A stretch of DNA of 64,000 nucleotides from Acidobacteriota bacterium (GTDB taxonomy: Bacteria > Actinomycetota > Acidimicrobiia > Acidimicrobiales > Ilumatobacteraceae). Position numbers and translations under genes: made by a program. The notes under the pieces were generated by a model. It was not told the DNA's origin. It worked only from the letters and a program-made list of their open reading frames with translations, and did not search any database. Location: contig JAGWXX010000001.1 of the NCBI GenBank assembly GCA_018969685.1, positions 3,223 through 67,222 of the forward strand. Direction: 5' to 3'. Numbering within the stretch: position 1 is the stretch's first letter; each line of letters starts with the position of its first letter. Positions 26,900-36,278 of the stretch are shown piece by piece.

Positions 26900-27703
26900 T
26901 CACGTCCCGACGACGAGGTGCGACAGCGCCGGATAGACGATGAGCGCGAGAAACCCGACGAAGACGAGCACCATCGGGATCCCCATCCGCTCCGTCGCCG
27001 CGTGCGCCGACGCCTCGATCTCGTCGCCGATCCGCGCCCGCATCGCCTCGGACCGCGCAACGAGCGACTCGCGGATCCGCGCACCGTGCGAGCCGGCCAG
27101 ATCGATGCTGTCCGCAAGCTCCACCAGCTGGTCGATGCCGAGGCGCCGCCCGAGCGCGCGCAATTCCTGCCACGGCGAACGTCCCGTGTCGCGGGACCGT
27201 GCCAGGGACTCGCGGAGCAGCACGAAGGCTTCCGAGCCGCCGGCCCGGGCCGAGGCGGTGAGGGCGGTTTCCAGTCCCGCACCACCTGCGAGCAGCACCG
27301 TCGTCAGGTCGAGGAAGCTCGACAGCGCGTGGACGAACTGCCGCCTCCGCCGGAGCGCGCTGCGGCGCACCGCGGCGTCGGGCGCGACAAACCCCGCCAC
27401 GGAGCCGACGAGGGTCGCAAGGGTGACGAGCGGCAACGACGGTCCGGTGCCGGCCACGCGGAGCAGGACGGCGACCGCCACCACCGACGCTGCGCCGACG
27501 ATCGCGCCGAGGACCTGGCGCACGACGAGATCGTCCGCCACCAGACCGAGCACCTCCAGGTCGGCGCGCCGGCGCCTCAGTGCGGACCTCGCAACCCGCT
27601 CGCGGGTGCGAGCGACCGCGAACGGGATCTCCTCCGTCGCACCTCGCGCCAGGACGGCGAGACCGAGGCCCGCCCCCGCGCCGGCCACCACTGCACCGAT
27701 CAC
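26900..27703 (-). CDS. tadC: Type II secretion system F-family membrane protein (TadC)
   Basis: GTG 27703 (GTGA overlap). T2SSF-like cytoplasmic domain flanked by TM helices (MGIPMVLVFVGFLALIVYPAL at the C-terminus). Confidence 0.8.
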   Translation of the reverse strand: MIGAVVAGAGAGLGLAVLARGATEEIPFAVARTRERVARSALRRRRADLEVLGLVADDLVVRQVLGAIVGAASVVAVAVLLRVAGTGPSLPLVTLATLVGSVAGFVAPDAAVRRSALRRRRQFVHALSSFLDLTTVLLAGGAGLETALTASARAGGSEAFVLLRESLARSRDTGRSPWQELRALGRRLGIDQLVELADSIDLAGSHGARIRESLVARSEAMRARIGDEIEASAHAATERMGIPMVLVFVGFLALIVYPALSHLVVGT

Positions 27704-28530
27704 GATCGCGCCCCGACGAAGCGTTCCGGCACGTCGACCCGGGACATGCGGGCCATCCACCACAGCGAGACCGCGAACACGCCGAGGATCCCCGTGAGCA
27801 CCACCTGCCCCGTCGCCGTCGAATAGGGCCCGAGGTACTCGCGGTTGAAGGCGGCGAGGCCCACGACGAACGTCGCGACCACCGCTGCGACGATGCGCAC
27901 CGAGCTGCGGGTGCGCGCCCGCCCCACCCAGATCCGTCCTCGCATGCGGCTCTCCTCCCGTGCGCACTGGGCGACTCGCCCGAGGAGCTGGCGGAGGTCG
28001 CGCGCCTCGTGGTCGGCCGCAGTGGCCAGCGCCGCCACGACGAAGTCGGCGGTCGGGTGGTCGACGTCGTCGGCGAAGCGCCGCATCGCGTCCGACAGCC
28101 CGCGGTACGGCACGGTCGCAACGAGGCGCTGCACCGCGGGTGCGATCTCCGCGGGCGCACGACCGCTCGTCGCCGCCACCGCCTCCTCCAATCCGCGGGC
28201 GCCGGCGAGCGTGTCGCGGATCTGCTCGGTCCACGACGCGATCGCCTCCACGAGTGCTCCCTCGTCGCGCGCACTCTGGCGGTGACGGCCGATACCCGGC
28301 GCAAGTGCCGTCGCGACGCCGGCCGCGACGGCCAGCACCGGCCACCGCACCGCCACCCAGGTGACAGCCACCGCGGACGACACGAGGACGACACGGGCCG
28401 GTCCGGGCCGGCTCCGGTCCGTCCGTGCCACGAGACCCACGAGCGACGAACGTCCACGGAGCGCACCGAGCACGACGAGCAGGCCGAGGCCGGCCACCGA
28501 CCCGGCGAGTGCTGCGACGAGCTGGCTCAC
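27700..28530 (-). CDS. tadB: Type II secretion system F-family membrane protein (TadB)
   Basis: GTG 28530 (GTGA overlap with tadA stop). N-terminal TM, central soluble domain, C-terminal TM pair. Confidence 0.8.
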   Translation of the reverse strand: MSQLVAALAGSVAGLGLLVVLGALRGRSSLVGLVARTDRSRPGPARVVLVSSAVAVTWVAVRWPVLAVAAGVATALAPGIGRHRQSARDEGALVEAIASWTEQIRDTLAGARGLEEAVAATSGRAPAEIAPAVQRLVATVPYRGLSDAMRRFADDVDHPTADFVVAALATAADHEARDLRQLLGRVAQCAREESRMRGRIWVGRARTRSSVRIVAAVVATFVVGLAAFNREYLGPYSTATGQVVLTGILGVFAVSLWWMARMSRVDVPERFVGARS

Positions 28531-29813
28531 GACGCGTGCGCCCGTCCGAGGCCGTGCTCGAGCAGCAGGTCCCGCGTCGCGCGCCGCAACGGGTAGCCGG
28601 ATCCGTCGGGGCCCACCACCTCGTTGGTCGCCACCATCGCCCCGTCGGCGTCGACGACCTCGCGCACCGACTGCACGCGACGCACGCCGTCGCGCACTCC
28701 GAGGTGCACGACGAAATGGACGGCACCGGCGAGCATCAGGTTGACCGTCTCGATCGGGAGACCCGTGTCCGCCATGGACACGTAGGCCGCGAGCTTGGCG
28801 AGCGCGGTCCTCGACGAGTCGGCGTGCATCGTGCACATCGATCCGTCGTTGCCCTGGCTCATCGCGAGGAGCATCGGGAAGGCCTCCGCGCCCCGTACCT
28901 CGCCGACGATGACCCGATCGGGATCCATCCGCAGCGCCATCCGCGCGAGATCGGAGAGCGTGACCTCGCCCCGTCCCTCGATGTTCGGGGGCCGCGACTG
29001 CAGTGCGTCGTGGTCGGGATGCCGGTCGGCGAAGCGGTCGATGGCCAGCTCGTAGGAGTCCTCTATCGTCACGATCCGCTCGGTGCGCGGCACCTCGTTG
29101 ATCAAGGCACGGAGCAGCGTCGTCTTCCCCGTCCCGGTGCCGCCCGCGATGACGAGGTTCCGGCGCGCCCGCACCGCCGATGCGAGCAGGGAGGACGTCC
29201 GTCGGTCGAGCATGCCGAGCGCGACGAGTTCGTCGAGGGACGACAGTTCGTACCGGTGGCGGCGGACGACGAGGCTCGGCCGGCGGGACACCTCCATCAC
29301 GGCGAACAATCGGGAGCCGTCGGGGAGCTGCACGTTCACGTCCGGAGATCCCGCGTCGAAGCGGCGCTCGGAGGCGCCCAGCCGTGTCGCGGCCCGCCGG
29401 ACCAGGTCGATGAGCTCCGCATCCGAGTCGACGATCGGCTCCCGCTCCTCGCGGCGGCCGTCGCGGAGCCGCACCCACACCGGCTCGCACCCGCGCACGT
29501 GCACGTCGCCGACGTCGGGATCGTCGAGGAGCACCTGCAGGCGCCCCAACCCGACGACCGACGCGACGGCATCGTCGACGATGGCCGCCTCGAGCGACGG
29601 TTCGAGCTCCGGCGAGCCGTCGCGGCGGCGACGCTGATTGATGGTCGCAATCTCGGCGACGGCGGCGAGCCGCGCGATCTCGCGCTCCTCACTCGGGTCG
29701 AGGCCGCGTCCCGCGAGTTCATGGCGCGCCACCACCTCGTCGCTGAGGACGTCGGCGATCCGCGCCCGAACCGCCGCGGCCTCCGCGGTCGCGCCAGGCC
29801 GCCGCCGCGTCAC
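28527..29813 (-). CDS. tadA: Tad/CpaF secretion ATPase
   Basis: GTG 29813 (GTGA overlap). Walker A IAGGTGTGKTTLLRAL, RIVTIEDSYEL, RVIVGEVRGAEA, GSMCTMHA motifs. Confidence 0.9.
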   Translation of the reverse strand: MTRRRPGATAEAAAVRARIADVLSDEVVARHELAGRGLDPSEEREIARLAAVAEIATINQRRRRDGSPELEPSLEAAIVDDAVASVVGLGRLQVLLDDPDVGDVHVRGCEPVWVRLRDGRREEREPIVDSDAELIDLVRRAATRLGASERRFDAGSPDVNVQLPDGSRLFAVMEVSRRPSLVVRRHRYELSSLDELVALGMLDRRTSSLLASAVRARRNLVIAGGTGTGKTTLLRALINEVPRTERIVTIEDSYELAIDRFADRHPDHDALQSRPPNIEGRGEVTLSDLARMALRMDPDRVIVGEVRGAEAFPMLLAMSQGNDGSMCTMHADSSRTALAKLAAYVSMADTGLPIETVNLMLAGAVHFVVHLGVRDGVRRVQSVREVVDADGAMVATNEVVGPDGSGYPLRRATRDLLLEHGLGRAHAS

Positions 29814-30481
29814 GGTGCCACCACGGTCGCCACCCGGATCGATCCGGCACCCGCCAGCTGCAGCGCGAGGCGCGCCGTGGCCACGAAGGTGAGGATTGCG
29901 TCGTCGGTCCCGTCGTCGCGGTGCTGCACCGCCCACACGAGGACGGGCTCGTCGACCATCAGTGGAGGTCGCGCTTCGAGCATCGTCGGGTCGGGCGCGA
30001 CCGCGAGCAGGACGCGGTCTCCGGGGGCGAGGTCGGGCGGGAACGAACCTGCCTCGACCAGCGCGGGGACGAGCACGTCGTCGGGCCCGAGCGCCGGCTG
30101 CGCCGCCACCATGACCCGAGGAATCGGATCACCCGGGGCGATCGGCCCCCTCGTACTGCCACCCACGAGGTCGCCGGCATCCTCCGCCGACACGAACGCA
30201 CCCGCGATCGCCCGCGGCACCGCCACGGCGACGAGGTCGCCGGACTCGATCGGTCGACCGGCCTCGAGCCTCCGCGAGGAACCCGCCACCATCACGGCCT
30301 CGGACCCCGCCCGTTGCAGCCAGAGCGACCCGAGCACCCCCGCGGCGACGAGCGCGGCGCCGAGGACGAGTTCGGACCGTCGGCGCGCGTGACGCGGGGG
30401 CGCGACCTCCCCGTCGCCGTCGTATGCCGGTGCGGACGCCGTCCGACCCTCCACTCCCCGACGAACCTGCGCTCGAACCAT
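29810..30481 (-). CDS. SAF-domain pilus assembly protein (CpaB/RcpC-like), membrane anchored
   Basis: ATG 30481 with AGGAGG SD. One N-terminal TM (LVLGAALVAAGVLGSLWL) followed by a SAF-like segment (RRLEAGRPIESGDL). First gene of the Tad operon. Confidence 0.65.
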   Translation of the reverse strand: MVRAQVRRGVEGRTASAPAYDGDGEVAPPRHARRRSELVLGAALVAAGVLGSLWLQRAGSEAVMVAGSSRRLEAGRPIESGDLVAVAVPRAIAGAFVSAEDAGDLVGGSTRGPIAPGDPIPRVMVAAQPALGPDDVLVPALVEAGSFPPDLAPGDRVLLAVAPDPTMLEARPPLMVDEPVLVWAVQHRDDGTDDAILTFVATARLALQLAGAGSIRVATVVAP

Positions 30482-30646
30482 CGCGGTGCCTCCTGTCGTC
30501 CCGCGTCGCGGAACGGATCCGATGTGGAGATCGGGGCGAGTCCACTGGAAGCAGTACCTGACGCGCGAACCACGACCTCGCACGTGCGGTGCACCACCGG
30601 CACCACTCACCAGCCGCCCCGCGCCGCCCCGTAGCCTTCACTCGTC

Positions 30647-31645
30647 ATGACCGGCACCGCCACGCCCCCCGCCGCGCGCCCCTCGGCCAACGAGCCCTGC
30701 TGGTGCGGCAGCGGCCGCAAGTACAAGCGCTGCCACCGTCCGCTCGAGGGTCGGGTGCTGCCCGGCACGGTCAGCCCCATGCGCAGCGTGCCCGACCACA
30801 TCGCCAAGCCGCCCTATGCCGCCACCGGCACCGTCGCCCGCATGCCCGAGTCGGCGGTGAAGACTCCCGACGTCATCGCGCGCATGCGCATCGCCGGTGC
30901 GACGGCCGCGGAGGTGCTGCGGCTCGCGGGCGAGTTCGTGCGCCCCGGCATCACCACCGACGCCATCGACGAGTACGTCCACGCCCTGTGCATCGAGCGC
31001 GGCGCGTACCCGAGCCCGCTCAATTACTCGGGCTACCCGAAGAGCGTCTGCACCTCGGTCAACGAAGTCATCTGCCACGGCATCCCCGACTCGCGCGTGC
31101 TGGAGGAGGGCGACATCGTCAACCTCGACGTCACCTGCTACGTCGGCGGCGTGCACGGCGACACCAACGCCACCTTCGCGGTCGGCGAGATCGACGACGA
31201 GAGCCGGCACCTCATCGCCGTCACCGAGGAGTGCACGTGGCTCGGCATCGAGGCCGTGCAGCCCGGCAAGCCGCTCAGCGAGATCGGCCGGGCCATCGAG
31301 GCCCGCGCCAAGCGCGACCACCTCGGCGTGGTGCGCGCCTTCATCGGCCACGGCATCGGCGAGCAGTTCCACACCGACATCCAGGTGCTGCACTACTACG
31401 ACCCGCGCAACTCCACCGTCATGCGCCCCGGCATGACCTTCACGATCGAGCCGATGATCACCCTGGGCACCTGGCAGCACCGCATGTGGGACGACGACTG
31501 GACCGCCGTCACCGCCGACGGCAGGAGGACCGCGCAGTTCGAGCACACCGTGCTCGTCACCGACGACGGGGTGGAGGTGCTGACCGGGGGCCCCGGTGCC
31601 GCGTCGCCGTGCGCCCCGTGGGCGCGGGGCGGCGCCACGGCATGA
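30647..31645 (+). CDS. map: Type I methionine aminopeptidase with N-terminal SEC-C zinc-binding motif
   Basis: [13 protein letters not shown] near the N-terminus. Metal ligands in [30 protein letters not shown]. Confidence 0.9.
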   Translation: MTGTATPPAARPSANEPCWCGSGRKYKRCHRPLEGRVLPGTVSPMRSVPDHIAKPPYAATGTVARMPESAVKTPDVIARMRIAGATAAEVLRLAGEFVRPGITTDAIDEYVHALCIERGAYPSPLNYSGYPKSVCTSVNEVICHGIPDSRVLEEGDIVNLDVTCYVGGVHGDTNATFAVGEIDDESRHLIAVTEECTWLGIEAVQPGKPLSEIGRAIEARAKRDHLGVVRAFIGHGIGEQFHTDIQVLHYYDPRNSTVMRPGMTFTIEPMITLGTWQHRMWDDDWTAVTADGRRTAQFEHTVLVTDDGVEVLTGGPGAASPCAPWARGGATA

Positions 31646-32574
31646 TCGACGCCGTCGACGCGGGCCGCTACCTGCGCTTCGACCGCGACGAATGGGCCGC
31701 GCTGCGCGCCCAGACCCCGCTGACGCTGGAGGAGTCCGACCTCGCCGAGCTGCGCGGCATCAACGACCGCATCGACCTCGACGAGGTCGTCGCCGTCTAC
31801 CTGCCGCTCACCCGCCTGCTGAACCTGTACGTCAGCGCGACGCAGACCCTGCACCGCGTGTCGGCCACGTTCCTCGGCACCATCGCGCCGAAGGTGCCGT
31901 ACGTCATCGGCGTGGCGGGCAGCGTCGCGGTGGGCAAGAGCACGTCGGCGCGCATCCTGCAGGCGCTGCTCAGCCACTGGCCCGAGCACCCGCGCGTCGA
32001 GCTGGTCACCACCGACGGCTTCCTGCACACGAACGCCGTGCTCACCGAGCGCGGCATCATGGACCGCAAGGGCTTCCCCGAGAGCTACGACACCAAGCGC
32101 CTCGTGCAGTTCCTGCGCGACCTGAAGAGCGGCGCGGCCGAGGTGTCGGCACCCGTCTACAGCCACGTCGTCTACGACATCGTGCCCGGCGACGAGCAGG
32201 TGGTGCGCCAGCCCGACATCCTCATCCTCGAGGGGCTCAACGTGCTGCAGGTGCCGGTCGGCGCCGGCGAGTACGTGAGCGACTACTTCGACTTCTCCAT
32301 CTACCTCGACGCCGACGAGCGCGACATCGAGGACTGGTTCGTCCAGCGCTTCTTCGCGCTGCGCGCCACCGTGTTCCAGGATCCGTCGAGCTTCTTCCGC
32401 CACTTCGCCGACATGACCGACCAGGCCGCCGAGCGGATGGCTCGCGACGTGTGGCACTCCATCAACGGACGCAACCTGCGGGAGAACATCGCCCCCACGC
32501 GGTCGCGCGCGTCGCTCGTCATCCACAAGGGCGCCGACCACCGGATGCACGAGGTGCACCTGCGCCGGCTCTAG
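31642..32574 (+). CDS. coaA: Type I pantothenate kinase
   Basis: ATG 31642 (ATGA overlap). P-loop [34 protein letters not shown] motifs. Confidence 0.9.
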   Translation: MIDAVDAGRYLRFDRDEWAALRAQTPLTLEESDLAELRGINDRIDLDEVVAVYLPLTRLLNLYVSATQTLHRVSATFLGTIAPKVPYVIGVAGSVAVGKSTSARILQALLSHWPEHPRVELVTTDGFLHTNAVLTERGIMDRKGFPESYDTKRLVQFLRDLKSGAAEVSAPVYSHVVYDIVPGDEQVVRQPDILILEGLNVLQVPVGAGEYVSDYFDFSIYLDADERDIEDWFVQRFFALRATVFQDPSSFFRHFADMTDQAAERMARDVWHSINGRNLRENIAPTRSRASLVIHKGADHRMHEVHLRRL

Positions 32575-32936
32575 CGGTGCAGCGCGTTGAGGTAGTTGTA
32601 GACGGTGATGCGCGAGACGCCCATGGCGTCTGCGACGTCCTCCACCGCGCGGCGCAGGATGAAGGCGCCGCGCTCGTCGAGCATGCGGATGGCGGCCTGC
32701 TTGTCGCGCCGCGACAGGTCGGGCAGGCGCGCCCCCAGTTCGCGCTCGACCCCGTCGATCAGCCGGTCGAGCGCGCCGTGCAGGGCCGGCAGGCGCACCG
32801 CGGCGACCACCTCGCCCTCCCACTCGATCGCCACGTCCGACGCCGTGCGCGCGGCCACCGGCACGAGCGACGCGCCGGTGGCGTCGAGCAGCGGCTGCAG
32901 CATCGCGGCGACGCGGTCGTGCGCGGCTCCGCTCAC
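32571..32936 (-). CDS. Small helix-turn-helix transcriptional regulator
   Basis: GTG 32936 (GTGA overlap with upstream gene). C-terminal [22 protein letters not shown]. Confidence 0.55.
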   Translation of the reverse strand: MSGAAHDRVAAMLQPLLDATGASLVPVAARTASDVAIEWEGEVVAAVRLPALHGALDRLIDGVERELGARLPDLSRRDKQAAIRMLDERGAFILRRAVEDVADAMGVSRITVYNYLNALHR

Positions 32937-33175
32937 TCGTCGCCCTCCGCCCGCGCCACGTCGACGCTGACGTAGGTCGCACCATGGCCGTAGGCCGCGC
33001 GGAGCAGGTCGGCCACCACCGCCGGCACCGCCGACTCGGCCGCCGTGAACGACGTGGCGAACGGGCCGAAGTCGACGGTCAATCCGTGCGACTCGACGGC
33101 CGCGACCGCGGCGGTGACGTGCGGCCCGGGCGCACCCTCGACGAACGGCTCGACCGTGAACTCGACGATCAACAT
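32933..33175 (-). CDS. MTH1187/YkoF-family (thiamine-binding-like) small protein
   Basis: 80 aa, MLIVEFTVEPF... beta-alpha-beta ferredoxin-like pattern. GGGGAGG SD upstream. Confidence 0.6.
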   Translation of the reverse strand: MLIVEFTVEPFVEGAPGPHVTAAVAAVESHGLTVDFGPFATSFTAAESAVPAVVADLLRAAYGHGATYVSVDVARAEGDE

Positions 33176-33253
33176 TCGCGCCTCCCCGCTCGGCGCACCA
33201 TCCTACGCAGCGCGACCGCAGCGCGGCCGGGCGACGCCGGCGGCGACCCGGCG

Positions 33254-33259
33254 TAGTGT
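33254..33259 (+). promoter_or_regulatory. Candidate -10 hexamer TAGTGT for a leaderless M20 amidohydrolase mRNA
   Basis: TANNNT hexamer 7 nt upstream of ATG 33267. No SD in between. Confidence 0.35.
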
Positions 33260-33266
33260 CGGCGCC

Positions 33267-34526
33267 ATGAGCGACACCACCGCACCCGCCTCCGAGCGCC
33301 ACGGCGCGAGCGACGAGCTGCGCGCGCACGCGTCCGACGTGCTCGGCTTCGCGCGCGACATCCGCCGCGACCTCCACCGCTGGCCCGAGCTCGGCAACGA
33401 CCTGCCGGTCACCCGCGACCGCGTGCTGCAGTCGCTGGAGGGCCTCGGGCTCGACGTCACGCTGCACTCCACCACCAGCGGCATCGCGGCCCTGCTCACC
33501 GGTGCGAAGCCCGGCCCCACCGTCATGCTGCGCGGCGACATGGACGCACTCGAGATGCCCGAGGACACCGGTCTCGACTACGCCTCCAGGGTCGACGGCG
33601 CCATGCACGCCTGCGGCCACGACACCCACGTCGCGATGCTCGCCGGCGCGGCGCGCATGCTCTCCGAGCGGCGCGCCGACCTACCCGGTCGCGTGCTGTT
33701 CATGTTCCAGCCGGGCGAGGAGGGGCACGGCGGTGCGAAGCTCATGCTCGACGAGGGGCTGCTCGACCTGCCGCCGCTCGCCGACGGCACGCCGTCCCCG
33801 GTCACCGCCGCCTATGCGCTGCACATCACCTCGGCCATGCCGCGGGGCTTCGTCGGCAGCCGCGGCGGCCCGGTGATGGCGTCCAGCGACGAGCTGCGCA
33901 TCGTCGTCACCGGCAAGGGCGGCCACGCGTCCGAGCCGTTCCGCGCCATCGACCCCATCCCCGTGGCGTGCGAGATCGTGCAGGCGCTGCAGACGGCGGT
34001 CACGCGGCGATTCGACATCTTCGACCCGACGGTCGTCACCGTCGCCAAGCTCACCGCCGGCACCGCGCACAACGTCATCCCCGAGACGGCCACCATCGAG
34101 GGCACCATCCGCGCCATCAGCGCGCACACGCGCAGCGCCGTGCACGACACGATCCGCCGCGTGGCCGAGGGCGTCGCCTCGGCGCACGGCACGTCCGTGA
34201 CGGTCGAGGTCGACCTCGGCTACCCCGTCACGGTCAACGACGGGCCGTCCGCCGACTTCGCGCTCGACGTGGCCTCCGCGGTCGTCGACCCGCGCGCCGT
34301 CGTGCGGCTGCCGCACCCCGTGATGGGCGCCGAGGACTTCAGCTACGTGCTCGAGCAGCGCCCCGGCGCGATGCTCTTCCTCGGCGGCACCGAGCCGGGA
34401 CGCGACCCGCGCACCGCGGCGCCGAACCACTCCAACCGCGTGGTGTTCGACGAGGAGGCCATGGTCGACGGCATGGCCATGTACTCGGCCCTCGCCATGC
34501 GCACGCTCGGCACCCGCCTCGGCTGA
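33267..34526 (+). CDS. M20D-family amidohydrolase (N-acyl-amino acid/hippurate hydrolase-like)
   Basis: HACGHDTH, FQPGEEG, TVAKLTAGTAHNVIPE, GAEDFS motifs. Confidence 0.85.
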   Translation: MSDTTAPASERHGASDELRAHASDVLGFARDIRRDLHRWPELGNDLPVTRDRVLQSLEGLGLDVTLHSTTSGIAALLTGAKPGPTVMLRGDMDALEMPEDTGLDYASRVDGAMHACGHDTHVAMLAGAARMLSERRADLPGRVLFMFQPGEEGHGGAKLMLDEGLLDLPPLADGTPSPVTAAYALHITSAMPRGFVGSRGGPVMASSDELRIVVTGKGGHASEPFRAIDPIPVACEIVQALQTAVTRRFDIFDPTVVTVAKLTAGTAHNVIPETATIEGTIRAISAHTRSAVHDTIRRVAEGVASAHGTSVTVEVDLGYPVTVNDGPSADFALDVASAVVDPRAVVRLPHPVMGAEDFSYVLEQRPGAMLFLGGTEPGRDPRTAAPNHSNRVVFDEEAMVDGMAMYSALAMRTLGTRLG

Positions 34527-34527
34527 C

Positions 34528-35775
34528 GTGGCGCGCGGCTGGCAGGAGCCGGGCGGCGCGCGGCCGCTCGAGGGGATCGTCGTCCTCGACTTCACGCGCG
34601 TGCTCTCCGGGCCGCACGCGACGCGCATCCTCGCCGACCTCGGCGCCGACGTCGTCAAGGTCGAGCCCCCGACGGGCGACCTCACCCGGTTCACCGCGCC
34701 GCGCGTGAACTCGACCTCCACCTACTTCGCGCAGCAGAATGCCGGCAAGCGCAACGTCTCCATCGACGTCACGCGCCCCGAGGGGGCCGACGTGGTGCGG
34801 CGCATCGCGCTGCGCTGCGACGCCGTGGTCGAGAACTTCCGCCACGGCGTCATGGACCGCCTCGGCCTCGACTGGGCGTCGCTGTCGGCGGCCAACCCCC
34901 GGCTCGTCTACGCGTCGATCACGGGCTACGGATCCGACGGGCCGTGGACGGACCGCCGCGCCTTCGCGCCCACCGTCGGCGCCGAGTCGGGCATCACCCG
35001 CAGCCAGGGCGACGCGCGCGGCGGGTCGTACGCCAACGACCCGCACAGCCACGCCGACGTCTACACCGGCGTGCACGCGGCGCTCGCCGTGGTCGCCGCG
35101 CTCTACCAGCGCGAGCGCACCGGCACGGGCCAGCACCTCGACGTGTCCATGGCCGAGGTCATGCTCTACGACAACGAGCACGCGCACGACCAGCTGTGGC
35201 GCGCACCCGTCCCCCCGGGCACCATCCGTTCGTTCCAGCCGGGCGACTACCCCGTGCTCGCCGCTGCCGACGGCTCGCGCTTCGTCGTATCCGGCCACCC
35301 CGCCGAGCGCGGCACGTTCGAGCTGTACCTCGCCGCGGTCGGCCGCGGCGACCTCGCCGCCGACCCACGGTTCGCCGACCCTGCCGACCGGCTCGCCCAC
35401 CTCCCCGACCTCGTGGCCGTGCTCGCACAGTGGGCCGCCACCATGCCGAGCGCCGCCGCAGCCGAGGAGGTGCTGGCCGCGCACGGCCTCGCCTCCGGTG
35501 CGCTGCGCAGCGCCCGTGAACTCGCCGACACGGCGTGGTCGGCCGCGCGCGGCGCGACCGTGCACATCGACGACCGGGGCTCGGGCACGATCGAACTGCC
35601 GAACAGCCCGTGGCACTTCTCGCGGTCGGACACCTCGCTGCACGGGCCGGTGCGCTACCGCGGCGAGGACAACCGCGACGTGCTGGTGCGCCTCGCCGGC
35701 CTGTCGGACGCCGACGTCGACCGCCTCGAGCGCGACGGCGTGCTGTCGTCGCGCGTGCCCGCGCCGGGCGCGTGA
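34528..35775 (+). CDS. Family III CoA-transferase (CaiB/BaiF)
   Basis: GTG 34528, 1 nt after the previous stop. LEGIVVLDFTRVLSGPHATRILADLGADVVKVE and ENFRHGVMDRLGL motifs. Confidence 0.85.
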   Translation: MARGWQEPGGARPLEGIVVLDFTRVLSGPHATRILADLGADVVKVEPPTGDLTRFTAPRVNSTSTYFAQQNAGKRNVSIDVTRPEGADVVRRIALRCDAVVENFRHGVMDRLGLDWASLSAANPRLVYASITGYGSDGPWTDRRAFAPTVGAESGITRSQGDARGGSYANDPHSHADVYTGVHAALAVVAALYQRERTGTGQHLDVSMAEVMLYDNEHAHDQLWRAPVPPGTIRSFQPGDYPVLAAADGSRFVVSGHPAERGTFELYLAAVGRGDLAADPRFADPADRLAHLPDLVAVLAQWAATMPSAAAAEEVLAAHGLASGALRSARELADTAWSAARGATVHIDDRGSGTIELPNSPWHFSRSDTSLHGPVRYRGEDNRDVLVRLAGLSDADVDRLERDGVLSSRVPAPGA

Positions 35776-35787
35776 CGCGAAGCCGCG

Positions 35788-36234
35788 TCAGCGGCCCGAG
35801 TGCCCGAATCCGCCGCCGCGGTCCTCGCCGCGCAGCTCGGCGACGGGGTTCCACGACACCCGCTCGACGCGCTGCACCAACAGCTGCGCGATGCGGTCGC
35901 CGCGCCGCACCTGGTAGTCGTCCGAAGGGTCGAGGTTGATCACCACCGCCTGCAACTCGCCGCGGTAGCCCGAGTCGATGACGCCGGGCGTGTTCGCCAG
36001 CGCCACGCCGTGCCGCAGTGCGAGCCCGCTGCGCGGCACCACGAGCCCCACCCAGCCGTCGGGGATCGCCACCGCGATGCCCGTCGGCACGAGCACGCGA
36101 CCGCCGCGCGCCGGCACCAGCGCATCGGTGCGCGCGCGCAGGTCGAGCCCGGCGTCGCCCGCCCGCGCGTACGAGGGGAGCGGCAGGTCGGGGTCGAGCT
36201 GCACGATGTCGATGCGCAGGTCGCCGTCCGCCAC
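35788..36234 (-). CDS. dut: dUTP diphosphatase
   Basis: [33 protein letters not shown] motifs. Start taken as GTG 36234 (TAGGGT hexamer 7 nt upstream); an in-frame GTG at 36258 is the alternative. Confidence 0.9.
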   Translation of the reverse strand: MADGDLRIDIVQLDPDLPLPSYARAGDAGLDLRARTDALVPARGGRVLVPTGIAVAIPDGWVGLVVPRSGLALRHGVALANTPGVIDSGYRGELQAVVINLDPSDDYQVRRGDRIAQLLVQRVERVSWNPVAELRGEDRGGGFGHSGR

Positions 36235-36241
36235 GCCGCAG

Positions 36242-36247
36242 ACCCTA
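36242..36247 (-). promoter_or_regulatory. Candidate -10 hexamer TAGGGT for leaderless dut
   Basis: TANNNT on the minus strand, 7 nt upstream of GTG 36234. No SD. Confidence 0.35.
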
Positions 36248-36265
36248 GGTCGCCGCACCGTGCCG

Positions 36266-36271
36266 TAGATT
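36266..36271 (+). promoter_or_regulatory. Candidate -10 hexamer TAGATT for leaderless orn
   Basis: TANNNT 7 nt upstream of GTG 36279. No SD. Confidence 0.35.
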
Positions 36272-36278
36272 GCCCGTC

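Noticed and set aside
30482-30646. The 165-nt divergent region between the Tad operon and map as a site of an ncRNA or riboswitch.
   Set aside because: It contains only an SD for the SAF gene and a -10-like TAGCCT for map. I could not see any conserved structured-RNA signature.
33176-33266. Possible TPP riboswitch upstream of the MTH1187/YkoF-like gene.
   Set aside because: The 91-nt leader lacks the conserved CUGAGA and pyrimidine-sensing helices. It shows only a TAGGAT -10-like hexamer and a GGGGAGG SD.
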